Shown here: in pieces, positions 1-8,552 of the stretch
Numbering within the stretch: the first letter of the stretch is position 1
Layout: the number at the start of each line of letters is the position of its first letter
From: Desulfuromonadales bacterium
GTDB taxonomy: Bacteria; Desulfobacterota; Desulfuromonadia; Desulfuromonadales; SZUA-540
Assembly: GCA_033549025.1 (NCBI GenBank)
Contig: JAWSUS010000018.1
Span: 1 to 64,000 of the forward strand
DNA length: 64,000 nucleotides
Reading direction: 5' to 3'
Notes under the pieces: generated by a model
Seen by the model: the letters and a program-made list of their open reading frames with translations, nothing else
The model's database searches: none
Told to the model about the DNA's origin: nothing
Made by a program: the position numbers and the translations under genes

Positions 1-25
1 CAAAATCCGATAATTAATCCGTTGA

Positions 26-71
26 GTCTACGATGTCCTGGCACAAAAAAGTGTCTACGATCTCGTGGCAC
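26..71. repeat. Imperfect 19-bp direct repeat pair (GTCTACGATgTCcTGGCAC / GTCTACGATcTCgTGGCAC), possible regulator sites
   Basis: Copies at 26-44 and 53-71, 17/19 identical, 27-bp period, flanked by inverted GTTGAG/CTCAAC. Confidence 0.55.
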
Positions 72-176
72 TCAACACTTAGGCAAAGGGAGGCACAATT
101 CCCAAGGCGGTTTGCCCTCCGGCACCGCAGCGTCTGACCCAAGTCGAGATGAATTGATCGTTTAAAAACTTTTTCC

Positions 177-205
177 TTGTTTGGCGGAACTCTTTTTCCT
201 ATACT
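177..205 (+). promoter_or_regulatory. Sigma70-type promoter
   Basis: TTGTTT (177-182), 17-bp spacer, TATACT (200-205); predicted start near 212. Confidence 0.6.
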
Positions 206-211
206 GAGAAC

Positions 212-443
212 CAAATGATTGTGTGCTCTCTGCCCGTCAGGTGAGGTCAGAACGCCCAGGCGGAATAACGTTTTATCGGGATTTCTTCAGGGGCGCGGTG
301 AGCCAGCCCATCTTTGAATGGGACGCCTGATGCGCCTACAAGAAAGCCCACTTCGTCGGTACTCGCTGAGAGGCCGAACGATCCACGGACGGAGTGGAGA
401 GCCACATCATAAAGCGCCGGCAGAGCCAGGCGCTTTTTCTTTT
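212..443 (+). ncRNA. Candidate structured ncRNA or attenuator leader of unknown family
   Basis: 5' and 3' ends pair (215-230 with 397-410) and enclose three stem-loop arms; upstream promoter; downstream intrinsic terminator. Confidence 0.5.
411..443 (+). terminator. Intrinsic terminator just upstream of the TraB-family gene
   Basis: AAAGCGCC-GGC-AGA-GCC-A-GGCGCTTT followed by TTCTTTT. Confidence 0.65.
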
Positions 444-462
444 CCTCCAACCGCAGGTGCCC

Positions 463-1641
463 ATGTCCGAAAACACTGCCTCCGATACCACCGTCATCCA
501 AGTGGACGGCAAGGAGATCCTTCTTGTCGGAACCGCCCATATCTCCCAGGAATCGGTTGAAACCGTCCGCCGGGTCATTGAAGAACAAGCCCCCGATACC
601 GTCTGCGTCGAACTCGATGCCCAGCGCTATCAATCCCTTAAAGACCCCAACCGCTGGCACTCCCTTAATCTGATCCAGGTTCTGAAAAAGGGGCAGGGAC
701 CTTTTTTGCTGGCCAATCTGGTGCTGGCCTCCTTTCAGAAGCGCATGGGATTGCAAACAGGGGTCAAGCCCGGTGCCGAACTGGCCGAGGCGGCATCTTT
801 GGCTGAAGAAAAGGGTTTGACGGTGCGCCTGGTGGACAGGGAAATCCGCACCACGCTGCTGCGCGCCTGGAGAAAAACAGGTTTATGGAAGAAAATGCAA
901 CTGGTGAGCACGATGCTGGCCAGCCTCTTCGACAACCAGAAACTGGATGAAGAGGAATTGGCCCGTCTGCGCCAGACCGACACCCTTTCGGCCATGCTCG
1001 ATGAGATGGCCACCGTGCTCCCTTCGGTGAAGACCATTCTGGTCGACGAGCGCGACACCTACATGGCCCATCACATCCGCCAGGCTCCCGGCGAGAAGAT
1101 TGTCGCCGTGGTCGGAGCCGCCCACCTGGTCGGAATCATCCGCCATTTGAAGGGTGAGGACACCCCAGCCGAGGACATCACGGAAATTTCCACCATCCCC
1201 TCCAAGTCGGGATTCTCGAAATTCGTGCCCTGGCTCATCCCCATCATTGTGGCTGGACTGTTTGTCGTCGGCTTTTTTTTTGGTGACCGGGAAAGGATAG
1301 CGGGAGCCGCCCTGGCCTGGGTGCTGGCCAACGGTCTGCTGGCCTCTTTGGGCGCCTTGCTGGCGCTGGGGCATCCGCTGACGGTACTGGCAGCTTTCGT
1401 GGCCGCCCCTATTACCTCACTCAACCCCACCATCGGGGCCGGTTTCGTCACCGGCCTGGTTCAGGCCTTCGTCGCCCCCCCCTCGGTTCGCGACATGGAA
1501 CAGGTCAGCGACGATCTGGCCACCCTGCGCGGCTGGTGGAGCAATCGCATGACCCGCGTGTTGCTCGTTTTCCTCTTCTCTTCCCTGGGCTCGGCTATCG
1601 GAACGGTGGTGGCCTTTCGCTGGCTCAAAGACCTGCTGTAG
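463..1641 (+). CDS. TraB/GumN family (pheromone-shutdown TraB-like) membrane protein
   Basis: LVGTAHIS, VCVELD, LVDERD, VVGAAH motifs and C-terminal TM helices; ATG 463 preferred over GTG 394. Confidence 0.88.
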   Translation: MSENTASDTTVIQVDGKEILLVGTAHISQESVETVRRVIEEQAPDTVCVELDAQRYQSLKDPNRWHSLNLIQVLKKGQGPFLLANLVLASFQKRMGLQTGVKPGAELAEAASLAEEKGLTVRLVDREIRTTLLRAWRKTGLWKKMQLVSTMLASLFDNQKLDEEELARLRQTDTLSAMLDEMATVLPSVKTILVDERDTYMAHHIRQAPGEKIVAVVGAAHLVGIIRHLKGEDTPAEDITEISTIPSKSGFSKFVPWLIPIIVAGLFVVGFFFGDRERIAGAALAWVLANGLLASLGALLALGHPLTVLAAFVAAPITSLNPTIGAGFVTGLVQAFVAPPSVRDMEQVSDDLATLRGWWSNRMTRVLLVFLFSSLGSAIGTVVAFRWLKDLL

Positions 1642-3292
1642 ATCCGTTTGCAGCTGCATATCCGGCCTGAAGGGCATCCTCCAACCCCAGATCGCGCCAA
1701 TAGGGATCTTTGCGGAAATGAAGCGTGCCGGTGTGGTCGACCCAGGCAGTAAAATAGAGCAGATGGACAGGAATCGCCTCGGGCAGATTGACGCGCACAG
1801 GATGATCCCCCTGGAGCAGATCGATAATTTCATCACAATTCCACCCCTTCCCCTCCAGCAGATACTGAGCCAGATCCAGCGGCCGTTCAATACGGATGCA
1901 CCCCGAACTGAAGGAACGCTCTGACCGCGTGAAGAGATGCCGATCCGGGGTGTCGTGCAGGTATACGGCATATCGGTTGGGGAACATGAACTTCACCCGC
2001 CCCAGGGGATTCCAGGGCCCGGGCTTCATGCGAAGAATCCCCGGGAAGTTATCCGCATGAATATCCTTCCAGTCCACTTCGCTGATTTCCAGCTGCTTGA
2101 CGGTCTCCCTTGACAGGGGAATGACTTCGTAGTGATTTCTTTCCATCCAGGCGGGATCAGCCTTGATCAGCGGGAGCTTGTCCTCTCGCAGAATGGTCGG
2201 GGGAACATACCAGTAGGGCGCGAACTCCAGGTAGGTCATCCGTCCTGAAAAAACCGGCGTCTTGCGATAGGCGGTCCCCACGATGACCGGCATGGTCATG
2301 ACGGGAACACCCCCTTCGACCACCTGCAGAGCAAAATCGGCGATATTGACAAGAATATAGCGCTCACCCAGACTTTTTGGCAGCCAGCGCCAGCGCTCCA
2401 TATTCCGCTCAACCTGCCGAATCCGCCTAGCGACGGGGACACCGAGCTCAGCCCGGGTGCGTGGGCCCAGAACGCCGTCGGCCGTCAATCCCTGGCGAGC
2501 CTGCCAGCGGCGCAAGGCTCTGACCGTGTCTCGATCAAGAATGAAGGCATCCTCTTCCGTAAAGTCCGCGAGGTCACCCCGCGCCATAAGGCGTTGCTTC
2601 AGCAGGCGAACATGGGGATGAACATCGCCGGGGCGCAGGGTGCGTCCGGCCGGAAAAGGTCCCCACCCCTCCGTGGAGGCCAGTCGGCGCAATTCTTCCA
2701 GAGCTTCCCGCAGTTGCACATAACCTGGTGCCGCTGGGGCCAGATCAGCCAGGATGGGTCCGATGCGGTCCACGGTTAAAGCATATTGGAGGAGTTTGCT
2801 CACATCCGCTTTTCGCGGCGACGCCTTCCAGCCGTTGTGGAGAGTGGCCGGGTCAAGACGTCCCTGGATCTGATGGGTGGCATAGAGCAGAAAAGCATCG
2901 GAGAGCAGAACATCGAGCCGGGCCAACCACTCCCCCCCCGGGGTCAGGCCATGTCGCCGGCAGTCTTCTTCATAACGAAAAAGACTCTCCAGCTCAAAGA
3001 GATGGTAATCTTCCGGACAAAGTCCTTCGTCAGCGGCACCCCGGATAACCTCAAGAAACTCGCGGGCCTGCCGCCCCACCGATGAAGCATCCGTCCAGGC
3101 AGGCTCCGTGTTTCTTGCCTGGTAAAAAGCAGCGACGGATTCGGTCATCCGAAGGTCCGCCATCCCTGAAGATGCTGGCGGGTGCCCGAGACTCAAAGCG
3201 CGGATAAGCTCCCGGCCAGAACCCTGTTCCAACGCCCAGGACGGACCGGCAAGCAGCATAACAAGAATGATCAGACAAACAATCCTGGACAT
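1625..3292 (-). CDS. L,D-transpeptidase, YcbB/LdtD-like, with peptidoglycan-binding domain
   Basis: Signal peptide, PG-binding segment (GLTADGVLGPRT), YkuD catalytic motif VYLHDTP...SSGCIRI. Confidence 0.9.
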   Translation of the reverse strand: MSRIVCLIILVMLLAGPSWALEQGSGRELIRALSLGHPPASSGMADLRMTESVAAFYQARNTEPAWTDASSVGRQAREFLEVIRGAADEGLCPEDYHLFELESLFRYEEDCRRHGLTPGGEWLARLDVLLSDAFLLYATHQIQGRLDPATLHNGWKASPRKADVSKLLQYALTVDRIGPILADLAPAAPGYVQLREALEELRRLASTEGWGPFPAGRTLRPGDVHPHVRLLKQRLMARGDLADFTEEDAFILDRDTVRALRRWQARQGLTADGVLGPRTRAELGVPVARRIRQVERNMERWRWLPKSLGERYILVNIADFALQVVEGGVPVMTMPVIVGTAYRKTPVFSGRMTYLEFAPYWYVPPTILREDKLPLIKADPAWMERNHYEVIPLSRETVKQLEISEVDWKDIHADNFPGILRMKPGPWNPLGRVKFMFPNRYAVYLHDTPDRHLFTRSERSFSSGCIRIERPLDLAQYLLEGKGWNCDEIIDLLQGDHPVRVNLPEAIPVHLLYFTAWVDHTGTLHFRKDPYWRDLGLEDALQAGYAAANGSTAGL

Positions 3293-3366
3293 AAGCAACT
3301 CCTCAACCCTGTCAAGGATAGCCCAGAATCAGACAAAATCCAGCCGGAGAACGCTGCCAAAAACTC

Positions 3367-3400
3367 AAAAAAAGGCAGGTCGCCCTTAAGCAACCTGCCT
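3367..3400 (-). terminator. Intrinsic terminator after SSADH gene
   Basis: AGGCAGGT/ACCTGCCT stem with poly-A on plus strand (poly-U on minus). Confidence 0.7.
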
Positions 3401-3435
3401 GAATCATGCAATATACAAAATGAATGTTTTCGGGC

Positions 3436-4800
3436 TCAGCCGATCCAGACGGTCTGAATATTCACGAATTCCTTGATACCGTAATGGGAGAGTTCCCGTC
3501 CGTACCCAGAGATCTTGACTCCACCGAACGGCAGCCTCGGATCACTCTTGACAATCCCGTTGACAAAAACGGCTCCCGCCTCCACCTGCCCCGCGACGGC
3601 CTCGCCCTGGGCGACATCCCGAGTCCACACCGATCCACCAAGACCAAAAGGCGTATCATTGGCGACCCGAAGGGCTTCCTGGGCATCTTTGACCCGGATA
3701 ACGGAGGCCACGGGACCGAAAAATTCTTCATGGTAAGCCGGCATCCCGGGTTTGACATCAACCAGAATGGTGGGAGGATAAAAGTATCCCGGCTGCTTCA
3801 GAGGCGCACCACCCAAAACGACTTTGGCGCCTTTTTCCAACGAAGCCGTCACCTGCCCGTGGAGTTCCATCATCAGGTCCTCGCGGGCCTGCGGACCGAC
3901 TTGAGTTTTGAGGTCAAGAGGATCACCGACAACCAGATTCCCCATCGCGGCCTTGAACTTGGCCAGAAAAGAATCGTAGACCTCGTCAACCACGATAAAA
4001 CGCTTGGCGGCAATACAGCTCTGACCCGAGTTGATGCAGCGCGCCCGTGAGGCCACAGCGGCGGCTTGCTCGATATCGGCATCGGCCAGCACAATAAAAG
4101 GATCGCTGCCGCCCAGCTCCATGACTGTTTTTTTGAGCATCTGTCCGGACTTGGCGGCCACCTTGCGACCGGCGATATCGCTCCCGGTCAGCGTCACCGC
4201 CTTGATGTGATCATTTTCGATTACCGCATCCACCCTGGAGGAGCCGATCATCAAGGTACGAAACACGTTGGCAGGGAAGCCGGCCTTGACAAAAACCTCC
4301 TCAATGGCCAGGGCGCTGCGCGGCACGTTGGAGGAATGCTTTAGAACACCGGTATTGCCCGCCATAAGGGCGGGGGCGGCAAAACGGAAGACCTGCCAGA
4401 GCGGAAAGTTCCAGGGCATAACGGCGAGCACCGTGCCGATCGGTCGAAAGGCGACATAGGCCCTGCTGCCGTCACTTTCGGCTTTTTCCGGCGACAGAAA
4501 GTCTTCGGCATTGTCGGCATAGTAATCGCAGACCCAAGCGCATTTTTCCACCTCGCCCTTTCCCTCGGTGATCGGCTTGCCCATTTCGAGAGCCATCGTG
4601 CGGGCGTATTCGTCGGCATTCTGACGCAAGACGACGGCAGCCGCTTTCATCAGGCGGGCTCTCTCAGCAAAAGACGTCAGGCGCCATTGCTGCCAGGCGG
4701 CGTCGACGTCATCGATCACGGCGGCCGTTTTCTCCGCAGTCCATTCTTCAAAGGTTTCCAGCAATTCACCCGTCGCCGGGTTGATGGATTCAATCGCCAT
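3436..4800 (-). CDS. gabD: NAD(P)-dependent succinate-semialdehyde dehydrogenase (aldehyde dehydrogenase family)
   Basis: MPWNFP, LTGS, MELGGSDP, catalytic GQSCIA, EEFFGP, PFGGVKISGYGRE; start MAIESINPATG. Confidence 0.85.
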   Translation of the reverse strand: MAIESINPATGELLETFEEWTAEKTAAVIDDVDAAWQQWRLTSFAERARLMKAAAVVLRQNADEYARTMALEMGKPITEGKGEVEKCAWVCDYYADNAEDFLSPEKAESDGSRAYVAFRPIGTVLAVMPWNFPLWQVFRFAAPALMAGNTGVLKHSSNVPRSALAIEEVFVKAGFPANVFRTLMIGSSRVDAVIENDHIKAVTLTGSDIAGRKVAAKSGQMLKKTVMELGGSDPFIVLADADIEQAAAVASRARCINSGQSCIAAKRFIVVDEVYDSFLAKFKAAMGNLVVGDPLDLKTQVGPQAREDLMMELHGQVTASLEKGAKVVLGGAPLKQPGYFYPPTILVDVKPGMPAYHEEFFGPVASVIRVKDAQEALRVANDTPFGLGGSVWTRDVAQGEAVAGQVEAGAVFVNGIVKSDPRLPFGGVKISGYGRELSHYGIKEFVNIQTVWIG

Positions 4801-5256
4801 AATTCTCTCCCCTTTCTGCAAAATAATTGGAAGCCTAACAGGAGGCAGATGACATTAAAAGCCAAGTATCCTGTATTACAGAAAAAAAATTAAGTCTTTT
4901 TTTAGGCCGCGCTTGGCGGCCTGCCGCTTCCGACTGTCACTATACCTGCTAACCGGTCAGATTCAACCGGGCCCGCTGGTTGGCAATGAGGGTCATTTAC
5001 CCAAAAACCTCGAACACTTGAGCACTTGCAAACATGAGGCATCAACTATATACAATGATTATCCATTTGCCATATTGCAATAAGTGGATTGACAACCCCG
5101 TCTTTTACATGATAAAACCTCAGCGTTTATTCAGAGACGTTTCCCTAGCCTGGAAGTCGTCATTTTCACCTGCCAAGACTCGAAATAGGTCGGGTCTTTA
5201 CCTGTTCCTGGCCGCCTGAGCGGCTTAAACATTCGGTAACAAACGGAGGTAAGAAC

Positions 5257-6675
5257 ATGCAACAGCAACGTGGAGCAATCACAGCGGTGATCGTTGCCCT
5301 GGCCTGCCTGCTGGCCATGCCGGCCATGGCCCAGGTCGATCACACGTCCTTCATCACCGGCCCCATTGCCAGCGGCCCCGAAGCCACCCAGAAATGCCTT
5401 GAGTGTCACGAAGACCAGGCCATGGACTTCATGAAGACTTCGCACTGGAACTGGGCTCTCGAGCAAGAGGTCCACGGGCAGGAAGTCTTCCGCGGCAAGC
5501 GCGACGCCATCAACAACTTCTGCACGTCCGTATCGGCTAACGAAATCTTCTGCTCCGGCTGCCACGCCGGTTACGGCATGGAAGATGTGAAATCTTTTGA
5601 TTTCACCGACAAAACCAAGATCGACTGCCTGGTCTGCCACGACAACACTGGCACCTACAAGAAAGCAGCCGGTACCGGCGGTCTGCCCGCTTCCAACCTA
5701 GACCTGCTCAACATCGCTCAGAATGTCGGCATGCCTGTTCGTGACAACTGCGGCACCTGTCACTTCTTCGGCGGCGGCGGCGACGCCGTTAAGCACGGCG
5801 ATCTCGACTCTTCCATGTCTTACCCCGACCGTGCTACTGACGTGCACATGGACGCTGACGGCCCTGACTTCCAGTGCCAGGAGTGTCACAAGACCGCAAA
5901 CCACCAGATCACCGGTAACTCTCTGGGCGTTTCCCCCACCGGCAACAGCCACTTTGGCTGCACCCAGTGCCACGAAGCAGCTCCCCATGGCGAAAGCCGC
6001 CTGAATGCGCACGCCGAGGCCGTGGCCTGCCAGACCTGCCATATCCCCTACTTCGCCAAGAACATCGCCACCAAGATGAGCTGGGACTGGTCCACTGCCG
6101 GCGATGATGCCAAAGAGCATGCCGCGGACAACAAGGACAAGTACGGCAAGCACACCTACGTGAAGAAGAAGGGAACCTTCGAGTACGGCAAAATGGTACA
6201 GCCTGAATACGCCTGGTATCAGGATGGCGCCGCTGACGCTTACCTGCCCGGCGAGAAGATGGATCCTTCCAAGGTGACCAAACTGGCTTACCCGACCTCC
6301 ACCATCAAGGACAAGGAAGCCAAGATCTATCCCTTCAAGGTGCACCGCGGCCAGCAGATCTATGACAAAAACCACAAAGTCTTCATCACCGCCAAAGTCT
6401 ACGGCAAGGGCGGCTACTGGAAAGACTTCGATTGGGACAAAGCGGCCAAACTCGGCATGGACGAGAACCCCATCATGATCGAAAAGGGCCTCAAGTACAG
6501 CGGTGAGTACGGCTTTGCCCCCACCGAAATGTACTGGCGCATCAACCACATGGTTTCTCCGGCCGAAGATGCACTCAAGTGCCTCGACTGCCACGGCGAC
6601 AACGGTCGTATGGACTGGAAAGCCCTGGGCTACAAAGGGGATCCCATGAGCAACAAGAAGTGGGCACGCAAGTAA
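5257..6675 (+). CDS. Octaheme c-type cytochrome, tetrathionate reductase (OTR) family
   Basis: Signal peptide, eight CxxCH motifs (CLECH, CSGCH, CLVCH, CGTCH, CQECH, CTQCH, CQTCH, CLDCH), INNFC motif; RBS GGAGG. Confidence 0.9.
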   Translation: MQQQRGAITAVIVALACLLAMPAMAQVDHTSFITGPIASGPEATQKCLECHEDQAMDFMKTSHWNWALEQEVHGQEVFRGKRDAINNFCTSVSANEIFCSGCHAGYGMEDVKSFDFTDKTKIDCLVCHDNTGTYKKAAGTGGLPASNLDLLNIAQNVGMPVRDNCGTCHFFGGGGDAVKHGDLDSSMSYPDRATDVHMDADGPDFQCQECHKTANHQITGNSLGVSPTGNSHFGCTQCHEAAPHGESRLNAHAEAVACQTCHIPYFAKNIATKMSWDWSTAGDDAKEHAADNKDKYGKHTYVKKKGTFEYGKMVQPEYAWYQDGAADAYLPGEKMDPSKVTKLAYPTSTIKDKEAKIYPFKVHRGQQIYDKNHKVFITAKVYGKGGYWKDFDWDKAAKLGMDENPIMIEKGLKYSGEYGFAPTEMYWRINHMVSPAEDALKCLDCHGDNGRMDWKALGYKGDPMSNKKWARK

Positions 6676-6695
6676 CCCCCTTCTGCTGATCCTGT

Positions 6696-6737
6696 AAAAA
6701 GAGCGGGTTGTCCGAAAAGGACACCCGCTCTTTTTTT
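6696..6737. terminator. Bidirectional terminator after OTR gene
   Basis: AAAAAGAGCGGGT...ACCCGCTCTTTTTTT. Confidence 0.8.
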
Positions 6738-6740
6738 ATG

Positions 6741-6791
6741 GCTCAAAGAAAAGCACGGCGACCAGAAGGTCTGCCGTGCTTTTCTTTGAGC
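6741..6791. terminator. Second terminator-like hairpin (19-bp perfect stem)
   Basis: GCTCAAAGAAAAGCACGGC...GCCGTGCTTTTCTTTGAGC. Confidence 0.7.
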
Positions 6792-6816
6792 ATTCTCTTT
6801 TTAGGGGAACTCGGAC

Positions 6817-7014
6817 CTAGTCCTCATAGACGAGGACACGGACCAGACCGATGGTCGCGCCCGTAGAGTCGGTGGTTGGCGCATCGCTTACGGAAATGAC
6901 CTTGCTGACGTTATTTTCCTGAATGAAGCTGTTGATACGCCGGTCAAGCTCTTCCAACTCCTGATGCGCCCGGAATATCTGCAGCGGCTCTCCGAAAGTC
7001 TTTACCTTGACCAT
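6817..7014 (-). CDS. Small hypothetical protein (65 aa)
   Basis: RBS GGAAGGAGG, co-oriented with nfu, protein-like composition. Confidence 0.7.
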   Translation of the reverse strand: MVKVKTFGEPLQIFRAHQELEELDRRINSFIQENNVSKVISVSDAPTTDSTGATIGLVRVLVYED

Positions 7015-7040
7015 ACCATCCTCCTTCCTCGATTACGCAG

Positions 7041-7262
7041 TTAGACCTGAACTACTGATTTCACCTCGGGGATTCTTTCTTTCAGGGTCTTTTCAATCCC
7101 CATCTTCAGGGTCATCGTCGACATGGGGCAGGAACCGCAGGCTCCCGTCAGTTTGACGCTGACGACTCCGTCCTCCGTCACGTCAACCAGTTCGACATCA
7201 CCACCGTCGGCCTGAAGGGCCGGACGGACCAACTGCAGGACTTCTTCTACTTTTTCACGCAT
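7041..7262 (-). CDS. NifU-like (Nfu) Fe-S carrier domain protein
   Basis: [14 protein letters not shown] and GACGSCPMS (CxxC). Confidence 0.92.
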   Translation of the reverse strand: MREKVEEVLQLVRPALQADGGDVELVDVTEDGVVSVKLTGACGSCPMSTMTLKMGIEKTLKERIPEVKSVVQV

Positions 7263-7307
7263 GGGTTTTCCTCCTCGTTTTTGGTTAGTGTAGCCGGATA
7301 TGGCCCG

Positions 7308-8471
7308 TTAAGCAAAGGCTCCGGGCAATGGAATATCGCTAAGGGAGCGGTTGCACAAGAGAGACGGTTCGCCAACCCCCTTCCCCTGAATGAGCACCTT
7401 GAAGGTTTCCCCCATGCCACCCTCCGGAACGATGAGATTCTTGAGGGTGAGCCGCAAGGCCCGGGCCCGCTTTTCATCCGCTTCTTTGGCCTGCATCTCC
7501 AATAGGGTTTCCACGAACCCGAGCGCGATGAGGAACTTGTACTGGGGGCCGAAGAAAAGAGAAACAAGGTCGCGCTCGGCCCCGAATTCCTGCAAGGCGG
7601 TGAAATCGATATGGGAGGTGATGTCCTGGCTGCCCGGGGTCTCGTAAGGATTGTCGCTGGACTGGTGATGCCGATAACACATCAGGGTGCCATTGCGCCG
7701 GAAGGGCGCATACAACTCGCCGGCGGGGTAGCCATAGTCGATGGTCAGCACAAAACCGACCTCGAGTACCCCGGCCACAGCCTGCATCCATTCCACCGCC
7801 GGAAGGTTGACCTCAAAACGGTTGCCTTCTACCGGTTCGACCCCCACGGCCCGGAAGTAATCGGTGATGCGAGAATCTTCCAGCGGACGGAGTTCTTCGC
7901 CCAAGCCGCTCTCGCCGGCCACGACATAAACCTCCTTAAGCACCCCATTATGCTTTTCGAACACTCGAACGGGAAAGGCATCAACCAGTTCGTTGGACAA
8001 AAAGCAGCCTCGGATATTTTTGAGGTCAGCGAACTCGCACCAGTCCACACGGGCGAGATGTCGCGACAGCAATTCTTTCTGCCGGCTCCGGTTGTCCGGG
8101 CTGATCTCCACCAGTTGATAGGTCAGCGCTTCATAAAATTGCGGAAAATCGTCGGCGATGGCATCGAGGATATCCAGGCACAGATGCCCTTCTCCGGCAC
8201 CCTGTTCGACCACGGCAAAGGCGCCCCCACCAAGCAAATCCCACATTTGGTGCAACTGCTTGGCAATTAAGCGCCCGAAAATAGAATGCACGCTGGATGA
8301 GGTGAAAAAATCCCCCCCCTTGCCGATACGATCGCGGGGTACCATGTAATAGCCGTACTGGGGATGATAAAGGCAATGGTCCATGTATTCCGCAAAGGGA
8401 ATGCCGCCCGCCTGCCTGATGCTCTGAAGAAGAAAGGTTTCCAGTGCCGTCGTCTCGCCGTGTTGCGTCAT
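7308..8471 (-). CDS. SAM-dependent methyltransferase, MidA/NDUFAF7 (DUF185) family
   Basis: GYY...GDFFTS, VEQGAGEG, SNELVDAFP, IDYG, DITSHIDF. Confidence 0.9.
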   Translation of the reverse strand: MTQHGETTALETFLLQSIRQAGGIPFAEYMDHCLYHPQYGYYMVPRDRIGKGGDFFTSSSVHSIFGRLIAKQLHQMWDLLGGGAFAVVEQGAGEGHLCLDILDAIADDFPQFYEALTYQLVEISPDNRSRQKELLSRHLARVDWCEFADLKNIRGCFLSNELVDAFPVRVFEKHNGVLKEVYVVAGESGLGEELRPLEDSRITDYFRAVGVEPVEGNRFEVNLPAVEWMQAVAGVLEVGFVLTIDYGYPAGELYAPFRRNGTLMCYRHHQSSDNPYETPGSQDITSHIDFTALQEFGAERDLVSLFFGPQYKFLIALGFVETLLEMQAKEADEKRARALRLTLKNLIVPEGGMGETFKVLIQGKGVGEPSLLCNRSLSDIPLPGAFA

Positions 8472-8552
8472 AATTTCATCCTTGCTGGGCATTAAAAAAA
8501 GGCGAAGTTTACCGCAGAGCCCGCAGGAAAACAAGCCCGGAGGACCGGGCCC

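Noticed and set aside
109..117. GGGCAAACC on the minus strand, like the start of a c-di-GMP-I/GEMM riboswitch
   Set aside because: No following GAAA-capped stem or GGGACGCAAAGC element
254..263. CCGCCTGGGC on the minus strand, like the 3' end of a ZTP (pfl) riboswitch
   Set aside because: The upstream GACTGGCG/GTGG-CCAC-GGGAGC elements are missing
327..345. CTGATG...GAAA, hammerhead-like
   Set aside because: Core reads CUGAUGC, not CUGAUGA, and there is no stem II/III geometry
360..405. GCTGAGAG loop suggesting a T-box or TPP riboswitch
   Set aside because: No TGGNACC T-box sequence and no TPP ACCTGA...GGNTAAT element; downstream gene does not fit
394..462. GTG-start N-terminal extension of the TraB ORF
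   Set aside because: Overlaps the RNA stem and terminator; family similarity begins after ATG 463
5698..6594. 298-aa ORF antisense to the cytochrome gene
   Set aside because: Shadow of biased codon usage; no recognisable motifs
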